Source: Syntrophaceae bacterium CG2_30_58_14 | GTDB lineage: Bacteria; Desulfobacterota; Syntrophia; Syntrophales; UBA5619 | Direction of reading: 5' to 3' | Assembly: GCA_001873745.1 (NCBI GenBank) | Contig: MNZQ01000116.1 | Span: 308 to 64,307 of the forward strand | Length of the DNA stretch: 64,000 nt | Part shown: one piece after another, positions 10,852-21,595 of the stretch | Layout: each line of letters starts with the position of its first letter | Numbering within the stretch: position 1 is the first letter of the stretch | The notes under the pieces: generated by a model | Database searches by the model: none | What the model saw: only the letters and a program-made list of their open reading frames with translations | Told to the model about the DNA's origin: nothing | Translations under genes and position numbers: made by a program

Positions 10852-11331
10852 TTAATTTTCAGCAACACCTTTGCCCCTGGCGGCAAGGATCTCGGATGGC
10901 GCCCGCAACTGGCACAGCCCTTCAATGGTCGCCTTGACCAGGTTGTGCGGATTATGCGATCCCAGGCACTTCGTCAGGATATTGTGAACCCCGGCCAATT
11001 CCAGCACCGCGCGCACCGCCCCTCCCGCAATCAGCCCGGTCCCTTCCGACGCGGGCTTCAGCATCACCTTTCCGGCGCCGTAATGGCCGACGACGCTGTA
11101 GGGGATCGTCCGATTTTCTACTGCGACCCGGATCATCGCCTTCTTGGCCTGCTCCATGCCCTTGCGGATCGCCTCCGGGACTTCGTGGGCTTTGCCAAGA
11201 CCGGCGCCGACGGATCCCTTCCCATCGCCAACCACGACCACGGCGCTGAACCGGAAACGTCGCCCGCCCTTCACCACCTTGGCCGTCCTGTTTATCGTAA
11301 TCACCCTGTCGAGAAGTTCCAATTCTTCCAT
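10852..11331 (-). CDS. rpsE: 30S ribosomal protein S5
   Basis: [34 protein letters not shown]... Confidence 0.96.
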   Translation of the reverse strand: MEELELLDRVITINRTAKVVKGGRRFRFSAVVVVGDGKGSVGAGLGKAHEVPEAIRKGMEQAKKAMIRVAVENRTIPYSVVGHYGAGKVMLKPASEGTGLIAGGAVRAVLELAGVHNILTKCLGSHNPHNLVKATIEGLCQLRAPSEILAARGKGVAEN

Positions 11332-11382
11332 AATCTTCGTTTCCTACGATCGTCCCTTCGCTGTGGTTTGTCAAATTACGGG

Positions 11383-11748
11383 CTAAAACTTCAGTCCCGC
11401 TTCCCTCGCTCCGTCGGCCAAGGCCTTAACCCTTCCATGATAGAGAAACCTCCCGCGGTCAAAGACAACATTCTCAATACCGGCATCCTGAAGACGCTTT
11501 GCCAGGAGTCTCCCCACCGCCCTGGCCTCATCGACCCTTTTCAAACCGGCGAGGGAATCCCTCAACTCCTTGCTCAGCGTCGAGGCCTCCGCCAGGGTCC
11601 TCCCGGAATCATCGGCAATGGCCTGGGCATAGATATGGACCGCAGACCTGAATACGGAAAGGCGGGGCCGCTTCTCGGTACCCGTCACCTTCCCTCTCAC
11701 CCTCATCTTCCGTTTGCTTCGGAGCTTTTCAATTTTCTTCGTTGCCAA
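11383..11748 (-). CDS. rplR: 50S ribosomal protein L18
   Basis: [31 protein letters not shown]...[26 protein letters not shown]. Confidence 0.96.
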   Translation of the reverse strand: MATKKIEKLRSKRKMRVRGKVTGTEKRPRLSVFRSAVHIYAQAIADDSGRTLAEASTLSKELRDSLAGLKRVDEARAVGRLLAKRLQDAGIENVVFDRGRFLYHGRVKALADGAREAGLKF

Positions 11749-11801
11749 TGTCCTACCTCTTCACGGGGTGCGCCGGAACCGGACCGGTCGCACCGGAAAC
11801 T

Positions 11802-12341
11802 TTAGGCGCCTACGGATTTGCCGACTTTGCGTCGGATCTGCTCGCCCAAATACTTGATGCCCTTGCCCTTGTACGGCTCCGGCTTCTTCAGACTTCGAAT
11901 CTCCGCCGCCACGCGACCGACCAACTGCTTGTCGATACCGGAGACCACAATGTTGACCAGCTTATCGACCTTGATATGAATCCCTTCCGGTATCGGATAT
12001 TCGACCGGAGCGGAAAAACCGATGACCAGTTTCAAGGCGCTTCCCCCGACTTCGGCGCGGTATCCGACCCCGGAAATTTCCAGGCTCTTCTCGAACCCGC
12101 TGCTGACCCCCTTGACCATATTGGCCACCAGGGTTCGGACCAGTCCATGCAGGGATCTTTCGATTCTTCCGTCGAACTGCCTTGTGACCTCTACCGTCCG
12201 GTCGCCCAGAATCACATCGACGCCGCCCGGCACTTCCAAGGAAAGCTTTCCCTTGGGGCCCTCAACCCAAATCATGGACTGCTCCCGGCTTACCTTTACA
12301 CCAGCCGGAATTTCCACGGGTATTTTACCAATTCTTGACAT
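11802..12341 (-). CDS. rplF: 50S ribosomal protein L6
   Basis: MSRIGKIPVEIPAGVKV..., 179 aa from ATG 12341-12339. The 15 codons upstream in the ORF track ([15 protein letters not shown]) are translated repeat plus RBS. Confidence 0.95.
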   Translation of the reverse strand: MSRIGKIPVEIPAGVKVSREQSMIWVEGPKGKLSLEVPGGVDVILGDRTVEVTRQFDGRIERSLHGLVRTLVANMVKGVSSGFEKSLEISGVGYRAEVGGSALKLVIGFSAPVEYPIPEGIHIKVDKLVNIVVSGIDKQLVGRVAAEIRSLKKPEPYKGKGIKYLGEQIRRKVGKSVGA

Positions 12342-12359
12342 GAAGCCCTCTCCAAAAGT

Positions 12360-12384
12360 GGGGACAGATTTCAAATCTGTCCCC
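12360..12384. repeat. Family-A palindromic repeat
   Basis: GGGGACAGATTTCAAATCTGTCCCC. It lies 12 nt after the rpsH stop and 18 nt before the rplF ATG; followed on the transcript by ACUUUUGG. Confidence 0.9.
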
Positions 12385-12396
12385 ATCGCTCTTCAC

Positions 12397-12798
12397 TTAC
12401 CACACATTGCAGAGAAGCTCACCACCCAGGCTCAACTCCCGCGCCTCTTTATCCGTCATCACGCCCCTGGAGGTGGAAAGGATGGAAATTCCATAACCGT
12501 TCAGCACCTGAGGGATCTTCTCACTCTTCACATAAACCCTTCGTCCCGGCTTGCTGACCCGTTGAATATCGGTCAGCACCGTTCTCTTTGCATCCGGGTA
12601 CTTCAGATAGATCCGAAGCATATCATGCGTTTTCGGATCCTTCTTGATGTCATAACCGCTGATGTATCCGGATTTCTTCAATACTTTCGCCATATTCAGA
12701 TTGATCCGCGAGTTCAGCACACCCACACTCTTGAAATGAACCCGGTTGGCATTTCTGATCCTGGTGAGCATATCCGCGATCGGATCGGTCATCCCCAT
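12397..12798 (-). CDS. rpsH: 30S ribosomal protein S8
   Basis: MTDPIADMLTRIRNANRV... (start at 12798 or 12792). Confidence 0.96.
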   Translation of the reverse strand: MGMTDPIADMLTRIRNANRVHFKSVGVLNSRINLNMAKVLKKSGYISGYDIKKDPKTHDMLRIYLKYPDAKRTVLTDIQRVSKPGRRVYVKSEKIPQVLNGYGISILSTSRGVMTDKEARELSLGGELLCNVW

Positions 12799-12813
12799 AT
12801 TGCTGCTCCCTTT

Positions 12814-12999
12814 CTACCAGCTCGATTTGATCATTCCGGGAATTTCCCCCTTCAGGGATAAATTCCTCAGGCATATTCTACACATATCAAATTTCCGGTA
12901 ATACGCCCTCGGCCTCCCGCAAATCGGGCACCGGTTATAGCCTCTGACCGAAAATTTCGGTTTTCTGTTGGCCTTCACAATCAAGGATGTCTTCGCCAC
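12814..12999 (-). CDS. rpsN: 30S ribosomal protein S14, type Z (zinc-binding)
   Basis: 61 aa with [20 protein letters not shown] zinc ribbon. Confidence 0.95.
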   Translation of the reverse strand: MAKTSLIVKANRKPKFSVRGYNRCPICGRPRAYYRKFDMCRICLRNLSLKGEIPGMIKSSW

Positions 13000-13032
13000 T
13001 CTTACCCTCCAGAGAAATATTCCGCTGTTTTT

Positions 13033-13572
13033 TTAGTTCCTGAACGGCATACCCATCAGTTTCAGCAGTTTCCTTGCCTCATCGTCCGTCTTGGCCGTGG
13101 TCACGATCGCAATATTCATGCCCCTGACCTTATCGATTTTGTCATATTCGATCTCCGGAAAGATGATCTGCTCCTTGAGACCCAGGGCAAAATTCCCTCT
13201 CCCGTCAAACGATTTCAGCGGGATCCCCCGGAAATCGCGAACACGCGGAAGGGCGACGTTGACCAACCGGTCGAAGAATTCGAACATCCGTTCCCTTCGC
13301 AGGGTGACACGGCAGCCGATCGACATCCCCTGGCGGAGTTTGAAGGTCGCAATGGACTTCCTCGCCTTGGTGATGACCGGCTTCTGCCCCACGATCGCGG
13401 TTATCTCTGCCGCCGCGCTGTCCAGAATCTTGACGTTCTGAATGGCCTCCCCGAGCCCCATGTTGACGACGATCTTCACCATCCTGGGGACTTCCATCAC
13501 ATTCTTGTAATGAAACTCCCTGGTGAGAGCGGGAACCACTTCCTTGGTGTAGTAATCTTTTAGTCTTGCCAT
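13033..13572 (-). CDS. rplE: 50S ribosomal protein L5
   Basis: [39 protein letters not shown]... from ATG 13572-13570. Confidence 0.95.
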   Translation of the reverse strand: MARLKDYYTKEVVPALTREFHYKNVMEVPRMVKIVVNMGLGEAIQNVKILDSAAAEITAIVGQKPVITKARKSIATFKLRQGMSIGCRVTLRRERMFEFFDRLVNVALPRVRDFRGIPLKSFDGRGNFALGLKEQIIFPEIEYDKIDKVRGMNIAIVTTAKTDDEARKLLKLMGMPFRN

Positions 13573-13583
13573 TTTCCCTTTGC

Positions 13584-13904
13584 CTATGTATCCAGTATCT
13601 CGTGACATTTCGCGCAGACACGCACCTTTTTCCCATCTTCCAGGATCTTGTATCCAATCCGGACGCCGATACCGCATTTGTTGCACAGATACATCACGTT
13701 GGAAACGTGAATCGGCCCCTCCTTCTCAACGATGCCGCCCTTGCCCTTGGCATCCGCTTTCTTGTGCCGTTTGATGAAGTTGATCTTCTCGACAACAACC
13801 CGCTCCTTGTCGGCAATCAGGCTCTGGATCTTCCCCGTCTTCCCCTTCTCTTTGCCGGCGATCACCTTGACGGTATCCCCTTTTTTCAGTCGCTTTCCCA
13901 GCAT
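13584..13904 (-). CDS. rplX: 50S ribosomal protein L24
   Basis: [21 protein letters not shown]... KOW motif. Confidence 0.95.
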   Translation of the reverse strand: MLGKRLKKGDTVKVIAGKEKGKTGKIQSLIADKERVVVEKINFIKRHKKADAKGKGGIVEKEGPIHVSNVMYLCNKCGIGVRIGYKILEDGKKVRVCAKCHEILDT

Positions 13905-13945
13905 CTTAATGTTCCTCAGTCGCTCTCTTTTCCCCGGAAGGCGCC

Positions 13946-14314
13946 CTATAAAACCTCGGGGGCCAGGGAGATGATCTTCATGAACTGTTTTGCCCGCAGC
14001 TCGCGCGCGACCGGCCCGAAGATTCTCGTTCCAACCGGTTCCAGTTGGTTCGTGATGAGAACGGCGGAATTATCATCGAACTTCAGGTATGAACCGTCCG
14101 CCCGCCTCACCTCTTTGACCGTTCTGACGACCACCGCCTTCATCACATCGCCCTTCTTCACCTTTGAATTCGGCAGGGCCTCCTTGACGGCAATGACGAT
14201 GACATCGCCCAGGCTGGCATATCGTCTCCTGGACCCTCCCAGCACCTTGATACAGGCCACCTTCTTGGCGCCCGAATTATCCGCTACGTTCAACATCGTC
14301 TGCATCTGAATCAT
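13946..14314 (-). CDS. rplN: 50S ribosomal protein L14
   Basis: [33 protein letters not shown]... Confidence 0.97.
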   Translation of the reverse strand: MIQMQTMLNVADNSGAKKVACIKVLGGSRRRYASLGDVIVIAVKEALPNSKVKKGDVMKAVVVRTVKEVRRADGSYLKFDDNSAVLITNQLEPVGTRIFGPVARELRAKQFMKIISLAPEVL

Positions 14315-14335
14315 AACAACACTCCATTGCGCAAT

Positions 14336-14593
14336 CTACCTTGCCTTCTCCAGGATCTCCAGCATCCGCCACCGTTTGTCTCTGCTCAGCGGCCGGAACT
14401 CAACAATGAGAACCTTGTCACCCACTTTACAGACGTTCTGCTCGTCATGGGCCTTGCATTTGACATAACGCTTGATATACTTGTGAAAGATCGCATGCTT
14501 CACGAGCCTTTCCGCCCGGACGACGACCGTTTTATCCATCTTGCTGCTGACGACGACGCCCTTGATGGTGATCTTGTTGCCGCGTTGTTCCAC
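14336..14593 (-). CDS. rpsQ: 30S ribosomal protein S17
   Basis: [32 protein letters not shown]... Confidence 0.95.
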   Translation of the reverse strand: MEQRGNKITIKGVVVSSKMDKTVVVRAERLVKHAIFHKYIKRYVKCKAHDEQNVCKVGDKVLIVEFRPLSRDKRWRMLEILEKAR

Positions 14594-14784
14594 TACTTTA
14601 CCTCCTTTTCAACCAGAACCGTTCGGACACGGGCGATATCCCTGCGAACGTGGCCGAGCGTGGCCGGAGAGTCCAGTTGCCCGGAGGCATGGCGCATGCG
14701 GAGCTTGAAATAATCCTCGACAAGCTCGCGGTTCTTCTGCTGCAACTCATCTAAGCTAAGATCTCTGATCTCTTTAATTTTCAT
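14593..14784 (-). CDS. rpmC: 50S ribosomal protein L29
   Basis: [37 protein letters not shown]..., 63 aa from ATG 14784-14782. Confidence 0.93.
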   Translation of the reverse strand: MKIKEIRDLSLDELQQKNRELVEDYFKLRMRHASGQLDSPATLGHVRRDIARVRTVLVEKEVK

Positions 14785-15196
14785 CAGACATTTCCCTCGA
14801 AAGAAACGTAGTGCCGATGGGAAGCTTATGGGCCGCCAGCGTGAAGGCCTCCTTCGCGATCTCTTTTGAAACCCCTTCAATCTCATAGAGCACGACCCCC
14901 GGCTTGATCACCGCCACCCACTCTTCCGGGGCGCCCTTTCCCTTTCCCATGCGGGTTTCGGCCGGCTTTCGGGTCACGGACTTGTGCGGAAAAATCCGGA
15001 TCCAGATCTTGCCGCCCCGCTTGACGTGCCGGGTCATGGCCACGCGCGCCGCCTCGATCTGCCGCGCTGTAACCCAGCCGCATTCGGTCGCCTGCAGGGC
15101 ATACTCGCCGAAGGCGACGGCATTCCCCCGCGTGGCTTTTCCACTCATCCGGCCCCTCTGTAATTTCCTATATTTAACCCTTTTCGGCATTAACAT
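14774..15196 (-). CDS. rplP: 50S ribosomal protein L16
   Basis: [23 protein letters not shown]... Confidence 0.97.
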   Translation of the reverse strand: MLMPKRVKYRKLQRGRMSGKATRGNAVAFGEYALQATECGWVTARQIEAARVAMTRHVKRGGKIWIRIFPHKSVTRKPAETRMGKGKGAPEEWVAVIKPGVVLYEIEGVSKEIAKEAFTLAAHKLPIGTTFLSREMSDEN

Positions 15197-15264
15197 CGTT
15201 CAAAACCCCTGTTCTCGCTGCTTATTCGGATAAGATCCTCGAAACGCCGGCTTTTTTGAAAGGC

Positions 15265-15912
15265 CTACTTCGCCGCCTCTTTCTTGCTGGGCAATACCTC
15301 TCCATGAAAAATCAGGACTTTGACGCCGATCAGACCATAGGCCGTGTGGGCCTCCGTAAAACCGCAATCGATATCGGCCCTCAGGGTATGGAGGGGGACA
15401 CGGCCCTCTCTGTACCACTCCGATCGGGCCATCTCCGCCCCGCCGAGCCTGCCGCCACAGTTCACCTGGATCCCTTTGGCGCCGAACTTCATCGCCGAGG
15501 TGACACATTTCTTCATCGCCCTGCGGAACGCGATGCGCCTTTCTAATTGTTGCGCGACATTTTCAGCCACCAGTTGCGCATCAATCTCCGGTTTGCGGAC
15601 TTCAAGGATATTGATGATCACTTCGCTCTTCGTGATGGTCTCGAGATCCTTTTTCAGTTTTTCGATTTCGGATCCCTTTTTCCCAATAATAATCCCGGGG
15701 CGGGCCGCGTGAATATTGACTTTGGCCTTGTTGGCAGCCCTTTCGATTTCTATCCTGGAGATACCGGCGTGGTAGAGCTTCTCCTTGAGAAACTTTCTAA
15801 TTTTCAGATCTTCATGGAGCAATTCGGAATAATTTTTCTCCGAAAAACATTGAGAACGCCACGTCTTGATACCACCCAACCTCAACCCGATCGGGTTAAC
15901 CTTCTGCCCCAA
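15265..15912 (-). CDS. rpsC: 30S ribosomal protein S3
   Basis: [20 protein letters not shown]...KH domain. Confidence 0.97.
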   Translation of the reverse strand: MGQKVNPIGLRLGGIKTWRSQCFSEKNYSELLHEDLKIRKFLKEKLYHAGISRIEIERAANKAKVNIHAARPGIIIGKKGSEIEKLKKDLETITKSEVIINILEVRKPEIDAQLVAENVAQQLERRIAFRRAMKKCVTSAMKFGAKGIQVNCGGRLGGAEMARSEWYREGRVPLHTLRADIDCGFTEAHTAYGLIGVKVLIFHGEVLPSKKEAAK

Positions 15913-15931
15913 CCTCTCACCTCCTCAAGTC

Positions 15932-16264
15932 TTACCGTTCATCCAGGACCACGGTGATGTGACTCATCCGCTTCTTGATCGAAGCCGCCCTTCCCTGCGC
16001 TCTCGCCCGCCAGCGCTTCAGGGAGGGGCCTTGATCGACAAAAATCTCCTTCACGTAAAGGATATTCTCATCGATGTCGGGATTCTGCTTCGCATTGGCC
16101 AGCGCCGACAGGATCACCTTGCTCACAGGTTCGGCCGCATATTTTCGCGTAAAAAGGAGGATCTGCTTCGCCTCCCCGACCTTCTTTCCTCTGACCAGAT
16201 CGACAACCAGCCGCATCTTCTGCGGCGACATCCGAATATACTTGGCAACTGCTCTTGCTTCCAT
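15932..16264 (-). CDS. rplV: 50S ribosomal protein L22
   Basis: [32 protein letters not shown]..., 110 aa from ATG 16264-16262. The upstream ORF extension reads through the repeat. Confidence 0.95.
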   Translation of the reverse strand: MEARAVAKYIRMSPQKMRLVVDLVRGKKVGEAKQILLFTRKYAAEPVSKVILSALANAKQNPDIDENILYVKEIFVDQGPSLKRWRARAQGRAASIKKRMSHITVVLDER

Positions 16265-16301
16265 AGCTGACTCCAAACCGCCGCTGGGAACCATCCCGTT
16301 T

Positions 16302-16330
16302 GGGGGGACAGATTTCAAATCTGTCCCCCC
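16302..16330. repeat. Family-A palindromic repeat (extended G6/C6 ends, 29 nt)
   Basis: GGGGGGACAGATTTCAAATCTGTCCCCCC; 4 nt after the rpsS stop and 37 nt before the rplV ATG. Confidence 0.9.
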
Positions 16331-16334
16331 GATT

Positions 16335-16616
16335 CTACTTGCGCAGCTTCGTTTTGCGGTCTCCTGCGTGGCTGTAAAAAGTTCGGGTTGGCGCAAATTC
16401 GCCCAATTTATGGTCAACCATGTTTTCGGTCACAAAGATCGGAATGAATTTCTTCCCGTTGTGTACCGCAAAGGTCTGTCCGATCAATTCCGGGGTAACG
16501 GTGGAACGGCGCGACCAGGTTTTGATGACCGTCTTGTTCCCCGCGGATTCCTGCCTCCTGACCTTTTCCAGAAGACTTTCCTCAATGTATGCACCCTTCT
16601 TAATTGAACGTGCCAC
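16335..16616 (-). CDS. rpsS: 30S ribosomal protein S19
   Basis: [19 protein letters not shown]...[31 protein letters not shown]. Confidence 0.97.
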   Translation of the reverse strand: MARSIKKGAYIEESLLEKVRRQESAGNKTVIKTWSRRSTVTPELIGQTFAVHNGKKFIPIFVTENMVDHKLGEFAPTRTFYSHAGDRKTKLRK

Positions 16617-16619
16617 CTT

Positions 16620-17441
16620 TTAACCTCTTCGTTTTACGATATATTTATCGGTACTTCTATTGGTCCGCGTCTTATGGCCCTTTGTCGGCACGCCCCAAGG
16701 GGTGCAGGGATGACGGCCGCCGGACGACTTCCCTTCCCCGCCGCCCATCGGATGATCGACCGGGTTCATCACGACGCCCCTCACCTTCGGCCGTCGGCCG
16801 AGCCAGCGTTTCCGCCCCGCCTTGCCGAGGCTCAGGTTCTCGGAATCGATGTTCCCAACCTGGCCGATCGTGGCCCGGCATTCCAGGAAAATCTTCCTCA
16901 CCTCTCCGGAAGGAAGCCGCACCTGGGCATAGCCCGCTTCCTTGGCCATGAGCTGGCCGTAAGCGCCGGCCGACCGGATCAGTTGACCTCCCCGGCCAAC
17001 CTTGAGTTCCACATTGTGGATCAGGGTTCCCAGCGGAATATTCTTCAAGGGAACGGTATTCCCTGGTTTGATGTCCGCCTTTTCGCCGCTGACGATCGCA
17101 TCTCCCACGGTAACCTTGGTCGGGGCGATAATATACCTCTTTTCGCCGTCGGCATAATTCAAGAGCGCGATCCGCGACGACCGGTTGGGATCGTATTCGA
17201 TGGAAGCGATGCGGGCCGGAATATCATCCTTGTCCCTCCGGAAATCGATCAGCCGGTAACGCCGCTTATGCCCGCCGCCGATGTGGCGACTGGTCATTCT
17301 GCCATAGCTGTTGCGTCCGCCGGACTTCTTCAGGGGGCGCAAAAGACCCTTCTCAGGCGTTGACTTCGTCAGCTCTTCAAAATCGGAGCAGGTCTGAAAC
17401 CTTCTTCCCGGCGATGTCGGTTTGTATTTTTTGATTCCCAT
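16620..17441 (-). CDS. rplB: 50S ribosomal protein L2
   Basis: [17 protein letters not shown]...[13 protein letters not shown]. Confidence 0.97.
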   Translation of the reverse strand: MGIKKYKPTSPGRRFQTCSDFEELTKSTPEKGLLRPLKKSGGRNSYGRMTSRHIGGGHKRRYRLIDFRRDKDDIPARIASIEYDPNRSSRIALLNYADGEKRYIIAPTKVTVGDAIVSGEKADIKPGNTVPLKNIPLGTLIHNVELKVGRGGQLIRSAGAYGQLMAKEAGYAQVRLPSGEVRKIFLECRATIGQVGNIDSENLSLGKAGRKRWLGRRPKVRGVVMNPVDHPMGGGEGKSSGGRHPCTPWGVPTKGHKTRTNRSTDKYIVKRRG

Positions 17442-17494
17442 CCCCTCTATTCCCTCATCCTTGCTGTCTTAAACCCGCTTTTGGAAGACAGGTT

Positions 17495-17782
17495 TTATAC
17501 ACCTTCCCCGATCTCGATGCGGCTGCCCGGCGCCAAGGTGACGATGGCCTTCTTCCAGGCGCTCCTCTGACCCATGACCTTGCCCGATCTTTTCTTCTTA
17601 CCGCGTACATTCATGACCCGGACGGCCAGCACCTTGACCTTGAAGATCTTCTCAACGGCGCGCCCAACCTCAATGCGGTTCGCCTTGGCGTGAACTTCAA
17701 AGTTGTACTGATTCGCAGCATCCCGCGCGACGGTGCTTTTTTCCGTGATCAACGTCTTCTTGATGATCTGATACAGTTCCAT
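17495..17782 (-). CDS. rplW: 50S ribosomal protein L23
   Basis: IIKKTLITEKSTVARDAANQYNFEVHAKANRIEV... Confidence 0.95.
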   Translation of the reverse strand: MELYQIIKKTLITEKSTVARDAANQYNFEVHAKANRIEVGRAVEKIFKVKVLAVRVMNVRGKKKRSGKVMGQRSAWKKAIVTLAPGSRIEIGEGV

Positions 17783-18414
17783 TATGCTATCAACGCCCCT
17801 TCGATTTTATGAACAGAGGGTTCAAGAAGGACGACATGATCGTATTTCAGCAGATCATAGACATTGACCCCCTCTGAGCGGACCATTTTGACATCCCGAA
17901 TATTCCGTGAGGATCTCTCCAGGAACGGTCTTTGCTGATCGATCACGAAAAGGGTCTTCTTGAATCCGAAACGGTCGATCACCTCCTGGAACCTCTTGGT
18001 CTTGAACTCTTCCATCGGGAAATCCCGGAGAATGGTCATCCGCTCTTCCTTGAATTTCATGCTGAGAGCGGAAATAAGGGCCAACCGCCTAACCTTCTTG
18101 GGGACCCTGAAGGCATAACCATGCGGGGTGGGTCCAAAGATGATTCCACCACCCCTCCAGATCGGAGAGCGCAAGTTCCCCACCCTGGCCCTTCCCGTTC
18201 CTTTCTGACGCCACGGCTTCTTGTTGCTTCCGCTGACATCGCTTCGACCCTTGGTCGAGGCGGTTCCGCTCCGCCGGGAGGCCATCTGCATCCGGACCAC
18301 TTCGTAAATGACATCCTCATTCACCGGCGCGCCAAACACGGCCTCGCTGAGCTCAATCTCAGCAACTCTTTTATTTTCAATGTCGTACACGCCTGCTACT
18401 GGCATTTTCCCCAC
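17782..18414 (-). CDS. rplD: 50S ribosomal protein L4
   Basis: STKGRSDVSGSNKKPWRQKGTGRARVGNLRSPIWRGGG... Confidence 0.96.
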   Translation of the reverse strand: MGKMPVAGVYDIENKRVAEIELSEAVFGAPVNEDVIYEVVRMQMASRRSGTASTKGRSDVSGSNKKPWRQKGTGRARVGNLRSPIWRGGGIIFGPTPHGYAFRVPKKVRRLALISALSMKFKEERMTILRDFPMEEFKTKRFQEVIDRFGFKKTLFVIDQQRPFLERSSRNIRDVKMVRSEGVNVYDLLKYDHVVLLEPSVHKIEGALIA

Positions 18415-18430
18415 CTAAGAAAGCCCCTGC

Positions 18431-19075
18431 TTATTGACCCTTCTTGATTGCCTGCTTGATCAGCACATACCCGTTCTTGCAGCCCGGAACAGCGCCGCGG
18501 ACCAGGATCACATTCATCTCCGGCCGGACGGCCCATACCAGCAAGTTCTGCACCGTTTTTCTTGCACTCCCCATGTGACCGGGAAGTTTCGTTCCCTTGA
18601 AAACACGGGACGGATCGGCGCTTGCACCGATCGATCCGGGGGCCCGGTGAAACATCGACCCGTGGGTCGCCCGGCCGCCGCGGAAACCATGGCGCTTGAT
18701 GACGCCGGCAAATCCCTTGCCTTTGGTCGTTCCGACAACGTCCACATAATCGCCAGGGGCAAACATTTCGGCATTCAGCTCCTGACCCGCTTCGCAACCA
18801 TCCGGATCCATGTTGAATTCCCGGAGCACCCGGAACAACCCCTTGTCCGCCTTCTTGAAGTGCCCCTGAAGGGCCTTGGTCACATTGCGCTGTTTGATCC
18901 GGCCATATCCAAGCTGCAAAGCATCGTAACCATCCGTCTTGGCTGTCTTTTTCTGAATGACTACGGAGGGCGCCACTTCAATAACCGTCACGGGAACGGA
19001 AACCCCTTCATCCGAGAAGAGCTGAGTCATCCCCAATTTCTTGCCGATCAGTCCTTTTGTCATCATCATTCTCAT
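18431..19075 (-). CDS. rplC: 50S ribosomal protein L3
   Basis: TKGLIGKKLGMTQLFSDEG...; several in-frame Met codons at the N-terminus, so the exact start is uncertain. Confidence 0.96.
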   Translation of the reverse strand: MRMMMTKGLIGKKLGMTQLFSDEGVSVPVTVIEVAPSVVIQKKTAKTDGYDALQLGYGRIKQRNVTKALQGHFKKADKGLFRVLREFNMDPDGCEAGQELNAEMFAPGDYVDVVGTTKGKGFAGVIKRHGFRGGRATHGSMFHRAPGSIGASADPSRVFKGTKLPGHMGSARKTVQNLLVWAVRPEMNVILVRGAVPGCKNGYVLIKQAIKKGQ

Positions 19076-19396
19076 CTAAAGTTTGATCTCGACATCCACA
19101 CCCGCTGACAGATCCAGTTTCATCAGGGCGTCCACCGTCGCCTGCGTCGGCTCAACGATGTCAATCAGTCTCTTGTGCGTCCGGATCTCAAACTGCTCCC
19201 GCGATTTCTTGTCCACATGCGGCGACCGGTTCACGCAATACTTGTTGATCTCGGTGGGCAGCGGGATAGGCCCCCCGATGCGGGCGCCGGTCCTCTTTGC
19301 CGTCTCTACGATATCCTCCACCGAACGGTCGAGCAGCTTATAATCGTAGGCCTTAAGGCGAATCCGTATTTTTTGGTCTTTCATGGCTTCATTCAA
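19076..19396 (-). CDS. rpsJ: 30S ribosomal protein S10
   Basis: [31 protein letters not shown]... Confidence 0.96.
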   Translation of the reverse strand: MNEAMKDQKIRIRLKAYDYKLLDRSVEDIVETAKRTGARIGGPIPLPTEINKYCVNRSPHVDKKSREQFEIRTHKRLIDIVEPTQATVDALMKLDLSAGVDVEIKL

Positions 19397-19414
19397 CCCA
19401 ATTTGATGGCTGTT

Positions 19415-20608
19415 CTATTCCAGAATCTTGCTGACAACACCGGCGCCGACGGTCCTGCCGCCTTCCCGGATGGCAAACCGGAGCTGCTCCTCCATCGCGA
19501 TCGGTGTGATCAGAGTCACTTCCATCTCAACATTGTCGCCGGGCATGACCATCTCCACACCCTCCGGGAGATTGGCCACGCCGGTCACATCCGTGGTCCG
19601 GAAATAGAACTGCGGACGATAGCCGTTGAAGAAGGGGGTATGCCGGCCGCCTTCCTCCTTCGTCAGGACATAGACCTGCGCCTTGAACTTGGTGTGCGGC
19701 GTGATCGAACCCGGCTTGGCCACGACCTGCCCTCTTTCCACCTCCTCGCGCTTCGTGCCCCGGAGGAGAACCCCGATGTCATCGCCGGCGCGCCCCTCGT
19801 CGAGCGTCTTGCGGAACATCTCCACCCCGGTGCAGACGGTCTTGAAGGTCGGCCGGATCCCGACGATCTCGACTTCATCGCCCGTCCGGACGATACCGCG
19901 ATCGACGCGGCCTGTGACGACCGTGCCGCGGCCGGAAATGGTAAAGACATCGCCAACCGGCATCAAAAACGGCTTGTCCAGATCGCGAACCGGCATCGGA
20001 ATGTAGGTATCGACGGCTTCCAGAAGCTCCCAGATGGATTTCACATCCGGCGAGTTCGGATCGTCGGCCTCCAGGGCCTTCAACGCCGACCCGCGGATAA
20101 TGGGAATGTCGTCACCCGGGAAATCATACGCCGTCAGCAGTTCCCGCAGTTCAAGCTCCACCAGATCGAGGAGCTCGGGGTCATCCACCAAATCAACCTT
20201 ATTCATATAAACAACGACATAGGGAACCTGGACCTGACGGGCAAGGAGAATGTGCTCCCGGGTCTGAGGCATGGGACCATCGGACGCCGCAACGACAAGG
20301 ATCGTGCCATCCATATGGGCGGCGCCGGAAATCATGTTCTTGATATAGTCGGCATGGCCCGGACAGTCAACATGGGCATAGTGTCGTTTTTCCGTCTGAT
20401 ATTCCACATGCGAGATGTTGATGGTGACCCCTCTCTCCTTTTCTTCCGGAGCATTATCAATGGAATCAAAGGGTCTGAATTCGGCCAATCCCTTAGAGGC
20501 CAAGTGTTTTGTGATCGCGGCCGTCAATGTAGTCTTTCCATGATCAACATGACCGATGGTGCCGATATTCAGATGCGGCTTCGTCCTCTCAAATTTTTTC
20601 TTAGCCAT
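19415..20608 (-). CDS. tuf: Elongation factor Tu
   Basis: [33 protein letters not shown]..., 397 aa. Confidence 0.98.
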   Translation of the reverse strand: MAKKKFERTKPHLNIGTIGHVDHGKTTLTAAITKHLASKGLAEFRPFDSIDNAPEEKERGVTINISHVEYQTEKRHYAHVDCPGHADYIKNMISGAAHMDGTILVVAASDGPMPQTREHILLARQVQVPYVVVYMNKVDLVDDPELLDLVELELRELLTAYDFPGDDIPIIRGSALKALEADDPNSPDVKSIWELLEAVDTYIPMPVRDLDKPFLMPVGDVFTISGRGTVVTGRVDRGIVRTGDEVEIVGIRPTFKTVCTGVEMFRKTLDEGRAGDDIGVLLRGTKREEVERGQVVAKPGSITPHTKFKAQVYVLTKEEGGRHTPFFNGYRPQFYFRTTDVTGVANLPEGVEMVMPGDNVEMEVTLITPIAMEEQLRFAIREGGRTVGAGVVSKILE

Positions 20609-20675
20609 CTCTACCCTCCTTAAACGTTGAATGGTTCGTTTGTTTTTGTTCCAGTCTTATTGAATCATTTCCCCA

Positions 20676-21146
20676 TTAAAATCGATAATGGGCAAAGGCT
20701 TTGTTGGCTTCGGCCATCTTGTGGACGGCTTCCCTCTTCTTGACCGCCCCACCCCGATTGTTCGCCGCATCCATCAGCTCTGCGGCCAGTTTTTCCCGCA
20801 TCGTTTTTTCTGAACGTTCCCGCGCATGGGTAATCAGCCAACGAATCCCGAGGGCAACCCGGCGGGAGGGAATCACCTCCGTCGGCACCTGATACGTCGA
20901 TCCCCCAACACGCCTCGATTTGACCTCGATCACCGGCTTGACATTGTTCACGGCCTTTTCAAAAATATCGACCGGCGTCTCCTTGACCCGGTCCTGAATG
21001 ATATCAAAGGCCCCATACAGGATGGACTCCGCAATGCTTTTCTTTCCCCGCTTCAGGAGGCTGTTGATGAACTTCGCCACCAGCCGGTTGTTGTATTTCG
21101 GATCCGGCAGGATCTCCCTCTTGGTAACTACTCTTCTCCTCGGCAT
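20676..21146 (-). CDS. rpsG: 30S ribosomal protein S7
   Basis: [37 protein letters not shown]... Confidence 0.97.
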   Translation of the reverse strand: MPRRRVVTKREILPDPKYNNRLVAKFINSLLKRGKKSIAESILYGAFDIIQDRVKETPVDIFEKAVNNVKPVIEVKSRRVGGSTYQVPTEVIPSRRVALGIRWLITHARERSEKTMREKLAAELMDAANNRGGAVKKREAVHKMAEANKAFAHYRF

Positions 21147-21160
21147 GACTCTATCCCCGC

Positions 21161-21532
21161 TTAGCTCGGTCTTTTGGCCCCGTATTTTGACCTACTCTGT
21201 TTTCTGTCCTGGACGCCGACGGCGTCCAGCGTTCCCCGGATGATGTGGTAACGCACACCGGGAAGATCCTTGACGCGACCGCCGCGCACCAGGACGACCG
21301 AATGCTCCTGAAGGTTATGTCCCACGCCCGGTATATAGGAAGTCACCTCGTAACCGCTGGTCAGCCGCACCCTGGCCACTTTCCTCAAGGCGGAATTCGG
21401 TTTTTTGGGCGTAGAGGTGTAAACCCGGACGCAAACCCCCCGTCGCTGCGGCGATCGGCCCAAAGCGGGTGTCGCCGCTTTCCTGCTGATCTTCGCCCTT
21501 CCCTTTCTAACCAACTGATTTATTGTAGGCAT
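21161..21532 (-). CDS. rpsL: 30S ribosomal protein S12
   Basis: [51 protein letters not shown]..., from ATG 21532-21530. Confidence 0.97.
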   Translation of the reverse strand: MPTINQLVRKGRAKISRKAATPALGRSPQRRGVCVRVYTSTPKKPNSALRKVARVRLTSGYEVTSYIPGVGHNLQEHSVVLVRGGRVKDLPGVRYHIIRGTLDAVGVQDRKQSRSKYGAKRPS

Positions 21533-21595
21533 TACCCCTCCCAGCCTTTTATTTGGCTGTTCATTTCTCTGGTCCAACAAAAGACGGTTTGACTA

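Noticed and set aside
12360-12384. The family-A hairpin resembles a tRNA anticodon arm: 5-6 bp stem ACAGA/TCTGT with a 7-nt loop, TTTCAAA on the plus strand or TTTGAAA on the minus strand (UCA or UGA 'anticodon').
   Set aside because: No acceptor, D or T arms can be drawn from the flanks. The stem continues through the GGGG/CCCC clamp, and the sbcC copy has a different centre base. This is a hairpin, not a tRNA or tRNA fragment.
19175-20623. 482-aa plus-strand ORF antisense to tuf. Similar long antisense ORFs lie opposite rpoC (22058..24316, 24365..25780), rpoB (26571..28418), pilC (35086..36378), plsC (40883..41638), ftsK (42911..44890), rimO (45294..46292), ald (47603..48736), pxp genes (50088..51326), sbcD (61458..62837) and the TRAP SBP (62893..63966).
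   Set aside because: In each case the opposite strand encodes an unmistakable conserved protein. The antisense translations are R/G/P/H/D-rich low-complexity strings, as expected from stop-codon-poor antisense frames in GC-rich DNA. None has a recognisable motif.
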